A stretch of DNA of 64,000 nucleotides from Dehalococcoidia bacterium (lineage in GTDB: Bacteria; Chloroflexota; Dehalococcoidia; JAUQQI01): the NCBI GenBank assembly GCA_034434875.1, contig DAOTYJ010000029.1, positions 3,581 through 67,580 on the forward strand, given 5' to 3'. Positions 17,104-27,519 of the stretch are shown piece after piece. How positions within the stretch are numbered: the stretch's first letter is position 1; each line of letters begins with the position of its first letter. The position numbers were made by a program, and so were the translations under genes. Below the pieces are notes generated by a model. That model made no database searches. It was not told the DNA's origin and saw only the letters and a program-made list of their open reading frames with translations.

Positions 17104-18441
17104 GTGGCCGACAACGCCGACCTTCCTAAGCCGGTCCGGCCCTCCCGCTGGTGGGAGCTTCTCGACGATGCCTCCACCCAGGATGTGGTCAGGGCCGTGG
17201 TCCTGGGCCGGGCCCGGTTGCCCCTCTGGAGGCGGTTGCTTGCCTTCCTCGGCCCGGCCTTCGTCGCCTCCGTCGCCTACATGGACCCCGGAAACTTCGC
17301 CACCAACATCTCGGCCGGGGCCCAGTACGGCTACATGCTCCTCTGGGTGGTGGTGATGAGCAACCTGATGGCCATGCTCATCCAGTCCCTCTCGGCCAAA
17401 CTGGGCATCGCCACCGGCCGGAGCCTCCCCGAGCTTATCCGGGACCATTTTCCCCGCCCCCTGGTGCTCTTCCTGTGGGTGGTTGCCGAGCTGGTGGCGA
17501 TGGCCACCGACCTGGCCGAGTTCCTCGGGGCGGCCCTGGGGCTCAACCGGCTTTTCGGCGTCCCGATGTTTCCGGCGGCCCTCATCACCGGCGTCCTCGC
17601 CTTTTTGATATTGAGCCTGGAGCATTACGGTTTCCGGCCCCTCGAGGCCGTCATCACCCTGTTCGTCGGGGTTATCGCCCTCTGCTATTTCGTCGAGGTC
17701 GCCTTCTTTGCCCACCCCGATTGGGGGGAGGTCGGGCTGGCGGTCATCCGGCCGCGGCTTACGGACCCCGAGAGCGTACTGCTGGCCGTCGGGATCCTGG
17801 GGGCCACGGTTATGCCCCACGTTATCTACCTGCACTCGGCCCTGACCCAGGGCCGGGTGGTGGTTCAGGGCGACGCCGCCAAGCGGCTGATTTTTCAATA
17901 CGAGGTGTTGGATGTTATCCTGGCAATGGGAATTGCCGGCCTGATCAACGGGGCGATGCTCATTATGGCGGCGGCGACCTTTCACCCGAGCGGCTACCAC
18001 GAGCTCACGGAGCTTACGGATGCTTACCTGACCCTGCGGCCGCTGCTCGGGCCGCTGGCCGCAACGGTCTTTGCCATCTCCCTCCTGGCTTCGGGCCTCT
18101 CGTCGTCGACGGTGGGTACCATGGCCGGGCAGGTTATCATGCAGGGGTTTCTCCGGCGCCAAATCCCCATCTGGGTGCGCCGGCTGGTTACGATGGTCCC
18201 GGCCATCGCGGTGATCGGGGCCGGGTTTGACCCGACCCGGACCCTGGTCATAAGCCAGGTTGTTTTATCCTTTGGGATTCCCTTCGCCCTGGTCCCCCTC
18301 ATCATCTTCACCCGCCGCCGGGAGCTGATGGGCCCCCTCGTCAACTCCCGCCTGACCACGGTCCTGGTGGGCGTCGTTGCCCTCGTCATCGTCGGCCTTA
18401 ACCTCTTTCTCCTTTACCGCACCCTGACCGAGGGCCTATGA
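17104..18441 (+). CDS. mntH: NRAMP-family Mn2+/Fe2+ transporter
   Basis: TM1 signature AYMDPGNFATNISAGAQYGYMLLWVV plus ~11 TM helices. Confidence 0.9.
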   Translation: MADNADLPKPVRPSRWWELLDDASTQDVVRAVVLGRARLPLWRRLLAFLGPAFVASVAYMDPGNFATNISAGAQYGYMLLWVVVMSNLMAMLIQSLSAKLGIATGRSLPELIRDHFPRPLVLFLWVVAELVAMATDLAEFLGAALGLNRLFGVPMFPAALITGVLAFLILSLEHYGFRPLEAVITLFVGVIALCYFVEVAFFAHPDWGEVGLAVIRPRLTDPESVLLAVGILGATVMPHVIYLHSALTQGRVVVQGDAAKRLIFQYEVLDVILAMGIAGLINGAMLIMAAATFHPSGYHELTELTDAYLTLRPLLGPLAATVFAISLLASGLSSSTVGTMAGQVIMQGFLRRQIPIWVRRLVTMVPAIAVIGAGFDPTRTLVISQVVLSFGIPFALVPLIIFTRRRELMGPLVNSRLTTVLVGVVALVIVGLNLFLLYRTLTEGL

Positions 18442-19334
18442 CCCGTATCGAACGGCTCCTGCTGCCCCTGGACGGCTCCGGGCGGGCCGAGGCCGCCGTA
18501 AAGCTTGCGGCCTTCCTGGCCCGACGGCTGGGGGCCGAGCTGGTCCTGCTGCACATCGTCGAGCGGCGGCCGCCGGAGCGGGTCCACGGGGAGCCCCACC
18601 TGCGCACGGCCGCCGAGGCCGAAGCTTACCTGGACCGGGTCTCCGCCCGCCTGAGGGAGCTGGGGGTAGCGGCCAGGACCCACGTTCACGCCGGGCCGGA
18701 GGCCGATGTGGCGGCGGCCATTGCCGCCCACCTGCAGGAACAAGCCGGGGACCTCATCGTCATGAGCACCCACGGCCGCGGGGGCGTGCGCGGCTGGGTC
18801 CTGGGTAGCATCGCCCAGCAGGTGGTCCGGCGGGGATGTCCGGTTCTGCTGGTGAGGCCGGAGGTGCCGGGGGGGCCGCCGGAGGGGATAAGCCGGGTGG
18901 TGGTGCCCCTGGACGGCACGCCCACGGGGGAGGCGGCGCTCCCCCTGGCCGCCGCCATCGCCGCCGGGTGCGGCCTGCCGGTTACCCTGCTGACGGTGGT
19001 GCCCCTGGTGGGAACCATCAGGCCGGAACAGCGCCCGGTGGCCACCTTCCTGCCGGCCGCAACGGCGGCCATGCTCGACCTGGAGGCCGGGGCCGCGGCC
19101 GAATACCTGCGGGCGGTGGCCGCCCGCCTCGAGCCGGAGTTCGGCCTGCAAGTCTCCTTCGAGGTCCGGCGGGGGGACCCCGTCGCCGAGGTGGTTAAGG
19201 TGGCCGAGCGGGATGTGCTGGTGGCGATGGCCGCCCGGGGGCGGTATGGACTTGCCGGGCTGTGGGAAGGGAGCGTTTCGGCCCGGGTTCTGGCCGCCAG
19301 CCGGGGTCCGGTCCTGCTTGTGCCCGCCCCCTAG
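18438..19334 (+). CDS. Universal stress protein with tandem UspA domains, coupled to mntH (ATGA overlap)
   Basis: Two Usp repeats, …MSTHGRGGVRGWVLGSIAQQVVRRGCPVLLVRP…. Confidence 0.85.
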   Translation: MTRIERLLLPLDGSGRAEAAVKLAAFLARRLGAELVLLHIVERRPPERVHGEPHLRTAAEAEAYLDRVSARLRELGVAARTHVHAGPEADVAAAIAAHLQEQAGDLIVMSTHGRGGVRGWVLGSIAQQVVRRGCPVLLVRPEVPGGPPEGISRVVVPLDGTPTGEAALPLAAAIAAGCGLPVTLLTVVPLVGTIRPEQRPVATFLPAATAAMLDLEAGAAAEYLRAVAARLEPEFGLQVSFEVRRGDPVAEVVKVAERDVLVAMAARGRYGLAGLWEGSVSARVLAASRGPVLLVPAP

Positions 19335-20386
19335 GCCGCGGACCCCGGGGAATCCTGGGAACCCGGCCGTTCGGGGTTTGCCGACCCGACCTCCGGGCCG
19401 TAGTAGTGCTCGATGACGACTTTGATGGTGGCGGCCATCGGGACGGCTAAGAGGAGGCCAGGGATGCCCGCCAGGGTCCTGCCGGACAAGACCGCAAACA
19501 GGGTGATGACCGGGTGGAGGCCCACCGCCCGGCCGAGGACCACCGGCATGACGACCTGGTCTTCGAGCTGGCGCAGGACAAAGTAGGCCAGGATGATGGC
19601 CACCGCCCCGCCGGGCCCGAGCTGGACGAGGCCGACCCCGGCGGCGATGATGGCGGCCGCCACCGGTCCGACGAAGGGGACCACCTCCAGGATCCCCGTA
19701 AGCAGGCCGAGGGCCAGGGCGTAGCGGAGGCCGAACCCGAGGCTGAGAACCCCGTAAGTTACGGCCGCCATGAACCCGACGAGGAAAAGCTGGCCCCAAA
19801 GGTAGCGGCGCAGGACCCGGTGCACCAGCCCGGCCAGGGCGGCGGCCTCGGCCCGAGCCCGGTCCGGCAGCAGCCGGAGGCCGCGGCCGGCCAGGCGGCG
19901 GCCGTCGAGCAACAGGTAGAAAGTTGCCACCGCCGTTATGAGCAGGCTTAAAAGCCCCTCCACGACGGCCGCGGCGACCTGGAGGGCCTCCCGGGGCTGG
20001 CCGAAGAACTCCTGGCCGGCCCGCACCAGGTAGAGGCCGATGGTGTGGGCGGTAACCTGCTGGCCGAAGAGGTTGAGGCTGGGGCTGCCGAAGAAGCGGA
20101 TAAAGACGGCTTCCAGGATTTCGGGGCCGTGCCGGGCCAGGTCCCGGGCCTCGGCCGTGAGAACGGGCACTAAGGCCAGGGCCAGGCCGACCGCAAAGCC
20201 GAGAAAGACGGCGTATACGCCCACCGCCGCGGCCGGCCTGGGTGCCCGGAGCCGCCGGCTCAGGCCCTCCACGGCCGGGTCGAGGAGATAGGCGATGACG
20301 GCGGCCGCCACGAAGGGGGGCAAAACCTGGCGGACCAGGTAAAGAAAAACCGCAAGGCCCCCCACCAGCCACCAGTAGGGTCCCAT
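19331..20386 (-). CDS. AI-2E family transporter (PerM/UPF0118)
   Basis: 8-TM profile with AAVIAYLLDPAVEGLSRRL motif. Confidence 0.75.
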   Translation of the reverse strand: MGPYWWLVGGLAVFLYLVRQVLPPFVAAAVIAYLLDPAVEGLSRRLRAPRPAAAVGVYAVFLGFAVGLALALVPVLTAEARDLARHGPEILEAVFIRFFGSPSLNLFGQQVTAHTIGLYLVRAGQEFFGQPREALQVAAAVVEGLLSLLITAVATFYLLLDGRRLAGRGLRLLPDRARAEAAALAGLVHRVLRRYLWGQLFLVGFMAAVTYGVLSLGFGLRYALALGLLTGILEVVPFVGPVAAAIIAAGVGLVQLGPGGAVAIILAYFVLRQLEDQVVMPVVLGRAVGLHPVITLFAVLSGRTLAGIPGLLLAVPMAATIKVVIEHYYGPEVGSANPERPGSQDSPGSAA

Positions 20387-20411
20387 CCGCTGGCCCTCCG
20401 GCCCCTAACGG

Positions 20412-21716
20412 CTATTCGGCCTCGGCCGGCCGAAAGAGCACGTCCAGCTTCGGGTCGTAGCCCACCAGGCCGGCATACCTGGCCCAGGCCACGGCCGTCT
20501 CCAGCTGGCGGGCGGCCTCCGCCCGGGTGAAGACCTGCTCCAGCCGGCTCCGGAAAACCTGGGCCAGAATCCGGTGCCGGGGGGTTGCCCGGAGGGCCTC
20601 AACCAGCTCCACCCGGTCCAGAAGCTGGCGGCGGAAGATCCGGCGGCGGGTTTCGGGGTCGGCCGCGGCGAATTTCTGGCCGGCTTTGGTCAGAATTATA
20701 TCCCCCTCCACCACCTCCACCAGGTCAAGGAGGTCGGCCGCCTCCACCACCGGTAAAAGGTCGCCGGCCTCCAGGCCCAGGTCTTCGGCCAGCTGGTAGA
20801 GCTCCTCCCGGCCGCCCCGGGCCCGAAGCTGCTCCACCAGGCCGGCGACCTGACCGAGGCTGACATGGGGGAGCATCTGGTAAACGCCGACTTCCTCAGC
20901 CGGGGCCTCGGGCTGACGGGCGCCTGGGATGAGGGCGGTCACATCGGCGGCCGGGCTGGTCATAACCCGGTAGATGACGTCCACCAGGGCCGTCCGCTCC
21001 GGACCCCGGGTCTGGCGCAAGTTGGGCGGCAGCCCGGGAAGCTCCACCCGAACTCGGGCCGGGTTGGCGCTCAGGATGACGATCCGGTCGGCCAGGGCCG
21101 CCGCCTCTTCAATGTTGTGGGTTACCATCAGGACCGCCCGGGTTGGGAGCCGCCCCCCGGTCCAGAGTTCAAAGAGCTCCCGGCGCAGGTTCTCGGCCGT
21201 AAGCACATCCAGGGCCGAGAAGGGCTCGTCCATAAGGAGGACTTCGGGGCCCACCACCAGGGCCCGGGCAAAGCCCACCCGCTGGCGCATCCCGCCCGAA
21301 AGCTCCTGGGGGTAGGCGGTTTCGAAGCCCTTAAGGCCCACCAGGTCGACCATCTCCCGGGCCCGCCGCTCCCGCTCCGGCTTCGGAACACCCCGGGCCA
21401 GCAGGCCCAGCTCGACGTTCCCCAGGACCGTTAGCCAGGGAAAGAGGGCAAAGGTTTGAAAGACCATGGCCGCCGCCGGGTTTATCCCATGCAGGGGCTC
21501 GCCCCGCACCAGCACCTGGCCCCGGGATGGGGGGATAAGGCCGGCCAGGATGCGCAGGAGGGTGGATTTCCCGCAACCGGAAGGCCCCAGCAGGGCGACA
21601 AACTCCCCTTCGGCGAGCTCCAGGGTTATCCGGTCCAGGACCAGCACCGGCTGGCCGTCGCCGTAAAACTTGGTGACCTGGTCGGCCTTGAGCAGAACAG
21701 CCCCCACAGCCTCAGT
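20412..21716 (-). CDS. ABC transporter ATP-binding protein, NitT/TauT family, with a ~230 aa C-terminal extension. The long 6-frame ORF overruns the permease, so the true start is near 21716
   Basis: Walker A GPSGCGKST, signature LSGGMRQRVGFARAL, Walker B LLMDEPFSALD. Confidence 0.8.
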   Translation of the reverse strand, partial: TEAVGAVLLKADQVTKFYGDGQPVLVLDRITLELAEGEFVALLGPSGCGKSTLLRILAGLIPPSRGQVLVRGEPLHGINPAAAMVFQTFALFPWLTVLGNVELGLLARGVPKPERERRAREMVDLVGLKGFETAYPQELSGGMRQRVGFARALVVGPEVLLMDEPFSALDVLTAENLRRELFELWTGGRLPTRAVLMVTHNIEEAAALADRIVILSANPARVRVELPGLPPNLRQTRGPERTALVDVIYRVMTSPAADVTALIPGARQPEAPAEEVGVYQMLPHVSLGQVAGLVEQLRARGGREELYQLAEDLGLEAGDLLPVVEAADLLDLVEVVEGDIILTKAGQKFAAADPETRRRIFRRQLLDRVELVEALRATPRHRILAQVFRSRLEQVFTRAEAARQLETAVAWARYAGLVGYDPKLDVLFRPAEAE

Positions 21717-23417
21717 CCAGCCGGAATCGGGTTTCAGCCCAGCGGTAAAGCCGCCGCCAGAAGAGGCGGTTAAGGCCGACCACCAGAAGGGCCATGACCA
21801 GCGTGCCCGCCAGCAGGCCGGCCGTGTCCCCGGCCTCGGCCCGGGCGGTGATGAAGGCCCCAAGGCCCGCCGTCCGGTAGGCCTCGCGCCCAAAGCTTAT
21901 ATACTCCCCCACGACGGTGGCGTTCCAGACGGCCCCGGCGGCGGTAATAAGGCCCGTCACCAGGTGGACGAAAATCCCCGGCAAAAGCAGCAGCCGCCAG
22001 CGCTTCCACCCCGAGAGGCGAAAAATCCCTGCCGCTTCGAGCAGGCCGGTGGGTATCGCTAAAGTTCCGCCCACCACGTTAAAAAGAACATACCACTGGC
22101 TACCCAGAAGCATCAGGAGCAGGGCGGCCAGCTCCACCCCGGCCGGCAGCCGGATCACCAGCAATATCACCGCCGGGAAGAGGGCGGTGGCCGGGATGGA
22201 GGCCGCCAGCTGAATCAAGGGGAGCACCCGCCCGCCCACCTCCCGCCGTAGCCCCAGGGCAACCCCCGCCGGCACCGTCCACAGGAAGGCAAGGCTCAGG
22301 GCCAGGACGACCCGGCCGAAGCTCGCCCCGGCCCCGGCGGCCAGTTCGGCCCAGTCGGCAGGGTCCAGTTCGGCCAGAAGTCGGCCCGTCTCCACAAGGC
22401 CCCAGCCGACCAGGAACCCAAAGCCCAGCCCCAACGCCACCCAGGCCCAGCGGGACCGGCCGGGCTTCCGGGTCCTGGCCGGCGGCCGGTCCCCCAGCCG
22501 CAGGAAGAGGCGGTTTAAACCCTCGTCCACCCAGGCCACCATCGGCCCGAGGACCCACCGCCAGGCCCCCCGGGCCAGGGTGGAGCGCCTGAGCAGGCCG
22601 AGCACCGGCGAACCGGGGGGTCGCAGGCCGCCGGCCTGCTCGTACCGGAACCGGTCGGCCCAGTTCAGGAGGGGCCGCCAGAGGAGCTGGTCGATTAAGA
22701 CCACCACGGCTATGAGGGTTAAAAGCCCCAGGCCCAGGGCCCCCACATGCCCGGCGTCGGCGGCCGCCCGCAGGTAGGCCCCGAGGCCCGGCAGCCGGAA
22801 GGACCGGGCCCCCACCCCGAACTGCTCGGCGGCCATCAGAAAGAACCAGCCGTTGGCCCAGCTCATCACCGAGTTAAGGATGAGGGGAATCAGGCCGAAG
22901 GAAAGCTCCAGGCGGGTGAAGCGCAGGTAGAAATTTAGAAATTTAGGCGGAAGATGGCGGCGGCCTCCCGAAGCTCCTGGGGCAGGGTGATTAAAGAGCC
23001 GTAGAAGCTAAAGGCCAGATTCCAGGCCTGGGAGGTGAAGATTAACAAAACGGCGGCCAGCTCCGGCCCCAGCAGGCTGCCGGGAAAGGGGGCCGTTGCG
23101 GCCAACACCGCGGCCGGAAAAAAGGAGAGGATGGGCACACTTTGCAAGATGTCCAGGGCCGGCAGCATCAGCCGTTCGGCCCGGCGGCTCCCGGCGGCCG
23201 CCCGGGCGTAGGCCAGGGCAAAGAGCAGCGAAAGGCCGTAGGCGGCCAGCATCCGCCCCACCGAAAGGAGGGCGTAGAAGGGCAGGGCCGCCGGCGAAAG
23301 CTCCACCTCGGCCGCCAGCCCGTAGGCGGCGGCTACCAGCCCGGCCAGAACCGCCAGGTCGGGCCAGTGGCCGGCAGTGCGAGCCAGAGGTACACCGGGG
23401 CGCAGAACCACACCCAA
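21712..23417 (-). pseudogene. Fused two-domain ABC permease (NitT/TauT type), split into 22935-23417 and 21712-22869 by an 8-bp tandem duplication
   Basis: Two EAA loops (ELREAAAIFRLNF… and LLEAAGIFRLSGWKRW…). Removing one GAAATTTA copy at 22930-22945 restores a continuous frame that aligns gap-free with the second permease repeat. Confidence 0.75.
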
Positions 23418-23511
23418 ATTTAAACCCTATCTGGGAAAGCATCCGGCGGGGGGCCGAAGGGCCCGGGCCGGCCTCAGCGGCCCCTTCCGTCCGACCTCGG
23501 GCCGGCCCGGT

Positions 23512-23697
23512 TCAGGACTGGCGGCCCTGGTCGTCGGCCCGCCCGGCCTCCGGGGAAGCCTGCACCGAGCGGCGGAACTCCCGGACGGTGTCGCCCAGGG
23601 CCCGGCCGATGTCGGGCAGCTTGCCCGGCCCGAAAAGGATGAGCACGATGAGCAGAATCAAAAGCAGGTGACCGGGCTGAAAGAGACCCTCGATCAT
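23512..23697 (-). CDS. tatA: Twin-arginine translocase subunit TatA/E
   Basis: MIEGLFQPGHLLLILLIVLILFGPGKLPDIGRALG. Confidence 0.85.
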   Translation of the reverse strand: MIEGLFQPGHLLLILLIVLILFGPGKLPDIGRALGDTVREFRRSVQASPEAGRADDQGRQS

Positions 23698-23838
23698 GGC
23701 GTATCTCCCGAAAGGATTTTAGACCCGCCGGGGCTCGGGCCAATCTTAAAGATACCCCTTTTCGGCTAAAAATTTTCTAAAAATTCGGCCGCGGCCCGGG
23801 CGGTTCGGGTTTAATCTTAATGAGACCGTTGCGGGGGT

Positions 23839-24420
23839 TTGGCCGTGGACTTAAAGGAGCTTATGACCAACCTTTTTGTGCCGGGCGTAAGCGTGGTCGA
23901 AAAAGTCATCAGGCCGCTGGTCGTTTACGGGTTTCTGGTGCTGGCGCTGCGGGCCGGGGGTCGGCGGGAGCTGGCCCAGCTCAACTCCTTCGACCTGGTG
24001 GTCCTGCTCACCATCTCCAACACCGTCCAGAATGCCATCATCGGCAACGACAACTCCCTGCTGGGCGGGCTTATCGGGGCGGCCACCCTGGTCCTGGTGA
24101 ACGCCGCCGTCGTCCGGTACCTTTATCGGCACCCCGACCTGGAACGCAAGCTGGAAGGGGGCCCGGTCTGGCTGGTAAGGGACGGCCGGGTCATCGCCGA
24201 AAACCTGCGCCGGGAGCTGATAACCGAGGAGGAGCTTATGGCGGCCATCCGCCGCCAGGGCCTCAGCTCGGTGGAAGAATGCGACCAGGTGATCCTGGAG
24301 ACGAGCGGGACCATCACGGTGGTCCCCCGCCGCCCCACCCCCGTCGAGGCCGTCCTGGCCCGCCTCGACCGCCTGGAGGCCCTGCTGGCCCGGCAGACGG
24401 CGGGCCAGGGGCCGGCCTAG
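23839..24420 (+). CDS. DUF421/YetF-like membrane protein
   Basis: N-terminal TM helices followed by a conserved soluble domain (…WLVRDGRVIAENLRRELITEEELMAAIRRQG…). Confidence 0.6.
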   Translation: MAVDLKELMTNLFVPGVSVVEKVIRPLVVYGFLVLALRAGGRRELAQLNSFDLVVLLTISNTVQNAIIGNDNSLLGGLIGAATLVLVNAAVVRYLYRHPDLERKLEGGPVWLVRDGRVIAENLRRELITEEELMAAIRRQGLSSVEECDQVILETSGTITVVPRRPTPVEAVLARLDRLEALLARQTAGQGPA

Positions 24421-24434
24421 TGGGCCTTAAGCCT

Positions 24435-25401
24435 TTACCAGAGGCCGGCCAAAACGGTTACGGCCCAGCCCAGCAGGTGGAAAGCCGCCGCGGCCGCCAG
24501 GCTGGGGAGCTCCAGCTCCACCCGGCCGAGTCGGACGGGCGGGGCAAACTCGGCAAAGGGGGTTGTGAGGGGCCCGGTCAGGGCGAAGGGGAGTTTAAGC
24601 AGGACCTGACCAAAGCCGTGAGCCTGGACGGAAAACATCACCAGAAAGAACCTGGCCAGCAGCAGGAAGGCCACCCCGTCGGCCAGGGCGGTCACCAGCC
24701 GGGCCGCGGCCGGGGCCGGACGGCCGGCCCGAACCCGGCCGGGGCCGGGTTCGGCGGGGCCCAGGACCAGGGCGGCCGCGGCCCCGATGATAAAGCCGCT
24801 GGCGTGGGCCCAGAAGGCGACGCCGCCGGTGGCCGGAACCCGGGTCACGGCCGCAGGCCGCTCAGAAGCTGGGTGACGAACTAGAGGGGCAGGAAAACTA
24901 CGGGGACCAGAAAGATAAAGGCGGGGACGAGGGCCACCACCGAGGCCCCCGGGTAAAGGACCAGGTAGGCCCCGAGCACCCCGGCGATGGCCCCGCTGGC
25001 CCCCACCATGGGCGCGGCCGAGGGGGGGTGAAGGCCACCTGGACCAGGGCCGCCCCGACCCCGCAGGCCAGGTAGAAGGCCAGGTAAGGCAGGCGGCCCA
25101 GCCGGTCCTCGACGTTGTCGCCGAAAACCCAGAGAAAGAGCATATTGCCCAGCAGGTGGAACCAGCCGGCGTGAAGAAACTGGTGGGCGATGAGGGTAAG
25201 CCAGACCTCCCGGGGAACCCTGGGGTCGCCGGCCAGGGCCAGGGTGATGAGGCGGGGCACCAGGCCGTAGCGGTGGACGGCGGTGTCCAGGCGGGGCCCC
25301 AGGCTCAATTCCCAGAGGAAGGCCAGGACGCAGGCGGCGACCAGGCCCAGGGTAACGTAAGGGGCCCGGCGGACGGGGGCGGTATCGGTTAGCGGGATCA
25401 C
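24435..25401 (-). pseudogene. Rhomboid family intramembrane serine protease, disrupted by three lesions
   Basis: HAGWFHLLGNMLFLWVFGDNVE (TM2), GASGAIAGVLGAYLVLYPGA (catalytic Ser, in a shifted frame), GGVAFWAHASGFIIGAA (catalytic His, third frame). Lesions: G7/C7 homopolymer shift ~25022-25028, in-frame TAG at 24881-24883 at the position of a conserved Trp, and a further 1-nt shift ~24850-24865. Confidence 0.8.
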
Positions 25402-25429
25402 GGCAAGTTTAACCGAAGGGGACGATTCC

Positions 25430-27515
25430 CGTGAAACTGGTCATCAACGAGGACACCACATTTTCTTATCGGCGATGAGCGGGGGGATATTCCGCCCGGG
25501 GCCGACTTCGGCCTCTACCACGAGGATACCAGGTTTCTTTCGGCCTACACCTTCAGGCTCGACGGCAAAGCCCCGGTGTATCTTGCCGCCCGAACCACCG
25601 AATCGTACGCGGCGGCCCATTTTCTCACCAACCCGGCCCTGAGCTCGGTCCGGGCCGGCCAGCTGGGCATCGTCCGGCGCCGGCAGGTGGGCCGGGGGCT
25701 CCACGAGGATATCGACATCACCAACTACGGCGACGGGGAGGCCGCCTTCGACCTTGAGCTCCAGTTCGGGGCCGACTTTGCCCACATCTTCGACGTGAAG
25801 GGTCGGGTGGAAGGCCGGACCCGGACGCCCCCTGGGCGTCCGGGTCCGGGGTGGGCCCTGGGGGAAGGGGGGAGGAGCCTCCGGTTTGAGGCCCAGCGGT
25901 CCGGTTTTGCCCGGCGGCTGGTGGTAAACCTTTCGGCGGCCCCCGACTGGCGGGGCACCCGGGCCCGGTTCGGGCTGAGGCTCCGGCCCCACCAAGGCTG
26001 GCACCTTTGCGTCGATTTCCTGACCCTGGGGGAACACGACGGGCCGGCCGGGCCCACCTACACCTGCCGGGCGGGCCCGGCCGGCCGTTCTGGGGGACAG
26101 GCTCCGCCGCCACCGGGAGCTGGTGGAGCCGGCCCCCAGCCTCGAGACCGACAGCTATCTTCTCAAGCACGCCTACGAGCGGGCCGTCCACGACTTTGCC
26201 GCCCTGTGCGTCCGGGGGGAGGAGGTGGCCGGGGGCGGAACCTTGGTCGCGGCGGGCATCCCCTGGTTCGTGGCCCTCTTCGGCCGGGACTCCCTTATAA
26301 CGGCTTACCAGACCGTTAATTTTTACCCGGAGGTGGCCCGGGGGTTCTCCAAACCCTGGCCCGCTACCAGGGCCGCCGCCTCGACCGGCGCCGGGCCGAG
26401 GAGCCGGGGAAAATCCTCCACGAGCACCGCTTCGGCATCGCCGGCGGCCACCGGGGCTTTCCGCCTTACCCTTACTACGGCTCGGTGGATGCCACGCCCC
26501 TGTTCCTGATGGTGGCCGCCGGCCTCTTCCGCCTCACCGGGGACCTGGAGTTTATCCGGTCCCTCCGGCCCAACCTGCTGGCCGCCCTGGGCTGGCTGGA
26601 AAGATACGGCGACCGGGACGGCGACGGCTACGTCGAGTATATCCGGGAATCTAAAGTCGGCCTGGAGAACCAGGGCTGGAAGGACTCGTGGGATTCGGTC
26701 CGGTTTCGGGACGGCCGCCTGGCCGAGCCGCCCATCGCCCTCTGCGAGGTCCAGGGCTACGCCTACGCCGCCCGGCTCGGGCTGGCCGAAGTTTTAGAGG
26801 CCCTGGGCGAAGGCGGGGAAGCGGCCCGGCTGCGGGCGGCGGCCGCCGGCCTTAAGGCCCGGTTTAACCAGGACTTCTGGCTGGAGGACCGGCAGTTTTT
26901 TGCCGAAGCCCTTGACGGCCGGAAAAACCGGGTCGATTCGCTGACGTCGAACGGCGGCCAGGCCCTCTGGACGGGCATCGTGGCCGGGGACAGGGCGGCC
27001 GAGGCGGTCCGGCGGCTCCTCGGCCCCGAATTCTTCTCGGGGTGGGGCATCCGAACGATGGCGGCCGGGGAGGGCGGCTACAACCCGGTCTCTTACCACA
27101 ACGGGTCGGTCTGGCCCCACGACAACAGCCTGATCCTGGCCGGCCTGGCCCGCTACGGGTTTTACGACGGGGCCGCCCAGCTGACCGGGGCCCTCCTGGA
27201 AGCGCTGGGCTTTCAGCCGGAGTTCCGGTTCCCCGAGCTTTTCGCCGGCTACGGCCGGGATGAGGCCCCCTTTCCGGTGGACTACCCCACCGCCTGTCGA
27301 CCCCAGGCCCGGGCCACCGGGAGCGTCTTTTTTTCGACGATGCTGGGCTGGGGGACGACCCCTGGGACCCGCCGGGCGCCCGGCGGGAGGCGTTCCTGCC
27401 GCCGGGGGTGGGCCGGGTGCGGCTGGCCGGGGTGTGGACCCGGGAGGGACGGGTCACCGTCGAGGCAGAGCGGGCAGGGAACACCGTAAGGCGACGGGTA
27501 ACCGCCGGAGGTTAG
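25430..27515 (+). pseudogene. Glycogen debranching enzyme (amylo-alpha-1,6-glucosidase, bacterial/archaeal GDE type), with multiple frameshifts
   Basis: N-domain VKLVINEDTTF/LIGDERGDIPPGADFGLYHEDTRFLSAYTFRLDGKAPV, central LETDSYLLKHAYERAV…AAGIPWFVALFGRDSLIT, C-region VDATPLFLM…NQGWKDSWDS…CEVQGYAY…SGWGIRTM…YNPVSYHNGSVWPHDNS. Indels sit at T4 ~25460, ~26050-26100, G5 ~26349 and T7 ~27328. Confidence 0.8.
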
Positions 27516-27519
27516 GATA

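Noticed and set aside
23419-23511. Terminator downstream of tatA (GGGCCcttcGGCCC hairpin)
   Set aside because: The hairpin is present but lacks a T-tract; not reported as a feature
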